A DNA stretch of 35,339 nucleotides, taken from contig JARGFN010000004.1 in the NCBI GenBank assembly GCA_029210665.1, forward strand, positions 1 to 35,339, given 5' to 3'. Below the pieces are notes generated by a model. That model was not told the DNA's origin. It did no database searches and saw only the letters and a list, made by a program, of their open reading frames with translations. A program made the translations under genes and the position numbers. Positions 35,261-35,339 of the stretch are shown here, piece after piece. This stretch comes from Desulfobulbales bacterium. GTDB lineage: Bacteria > Desulfobacterota > Desulfobulbia > Desulfobulbales > JAGXFP01. Position 1 is the first letter of the stretch, and every line of letters starts with the position of its first letter.

Positions 35261-35339
35261 GTAACCGTTCAGCAGCACCACATCTTCGGACGATCGGCCC
35301 GGCTTACGTACACGATGTACGCGGCGCCGGTCCGCTTGT
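35261..35339. repeat. Imperfect palindromic REP-like element, truncated by the window end
   Basis: Core CGTACA-CGA-TGTACG flanked by CGGCCCGGC / GCCGGTCCG. Confidence 0.55.

Overview
A GC-rich bacterial core-genome window holding an almost complete, contiguous ribosomal superoperon, entirely on the + strand. The order is tRNA-Thr/Tyr/Gly/Thr, tuf, rpmG, tRNA-Trp, secE, nusG, rplKAJL, rpoBC, rpsLG, fusA, tuf, then the S10, spc and alpha clusters (secY, map, infA, rpmJ, rpsMKD, rpoA, rplQ), followed by a ThiS-like/ThiF fusion gene. Protein style suggests Desulfobacterota (possibly Desulfobulbales); this is an inference. There are no accessory genes, so the interesting signals are small. (1) A ~57-nt structured element occurs twice, 28.5 kb apart at ~83% identity, upstream of secE and upstream of infA. 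(2) The str-operon EF-G has an intact GTPase domain but altered domain IV tip loops. (3) Two further palindromic REP/MITE-like elements lie between rpoB and rpoC and after thiF. (4) The two tuf copies are near-identical. (5) adk is missing from its usual position. All motif matches and alignments were made by eye; no searches were run.
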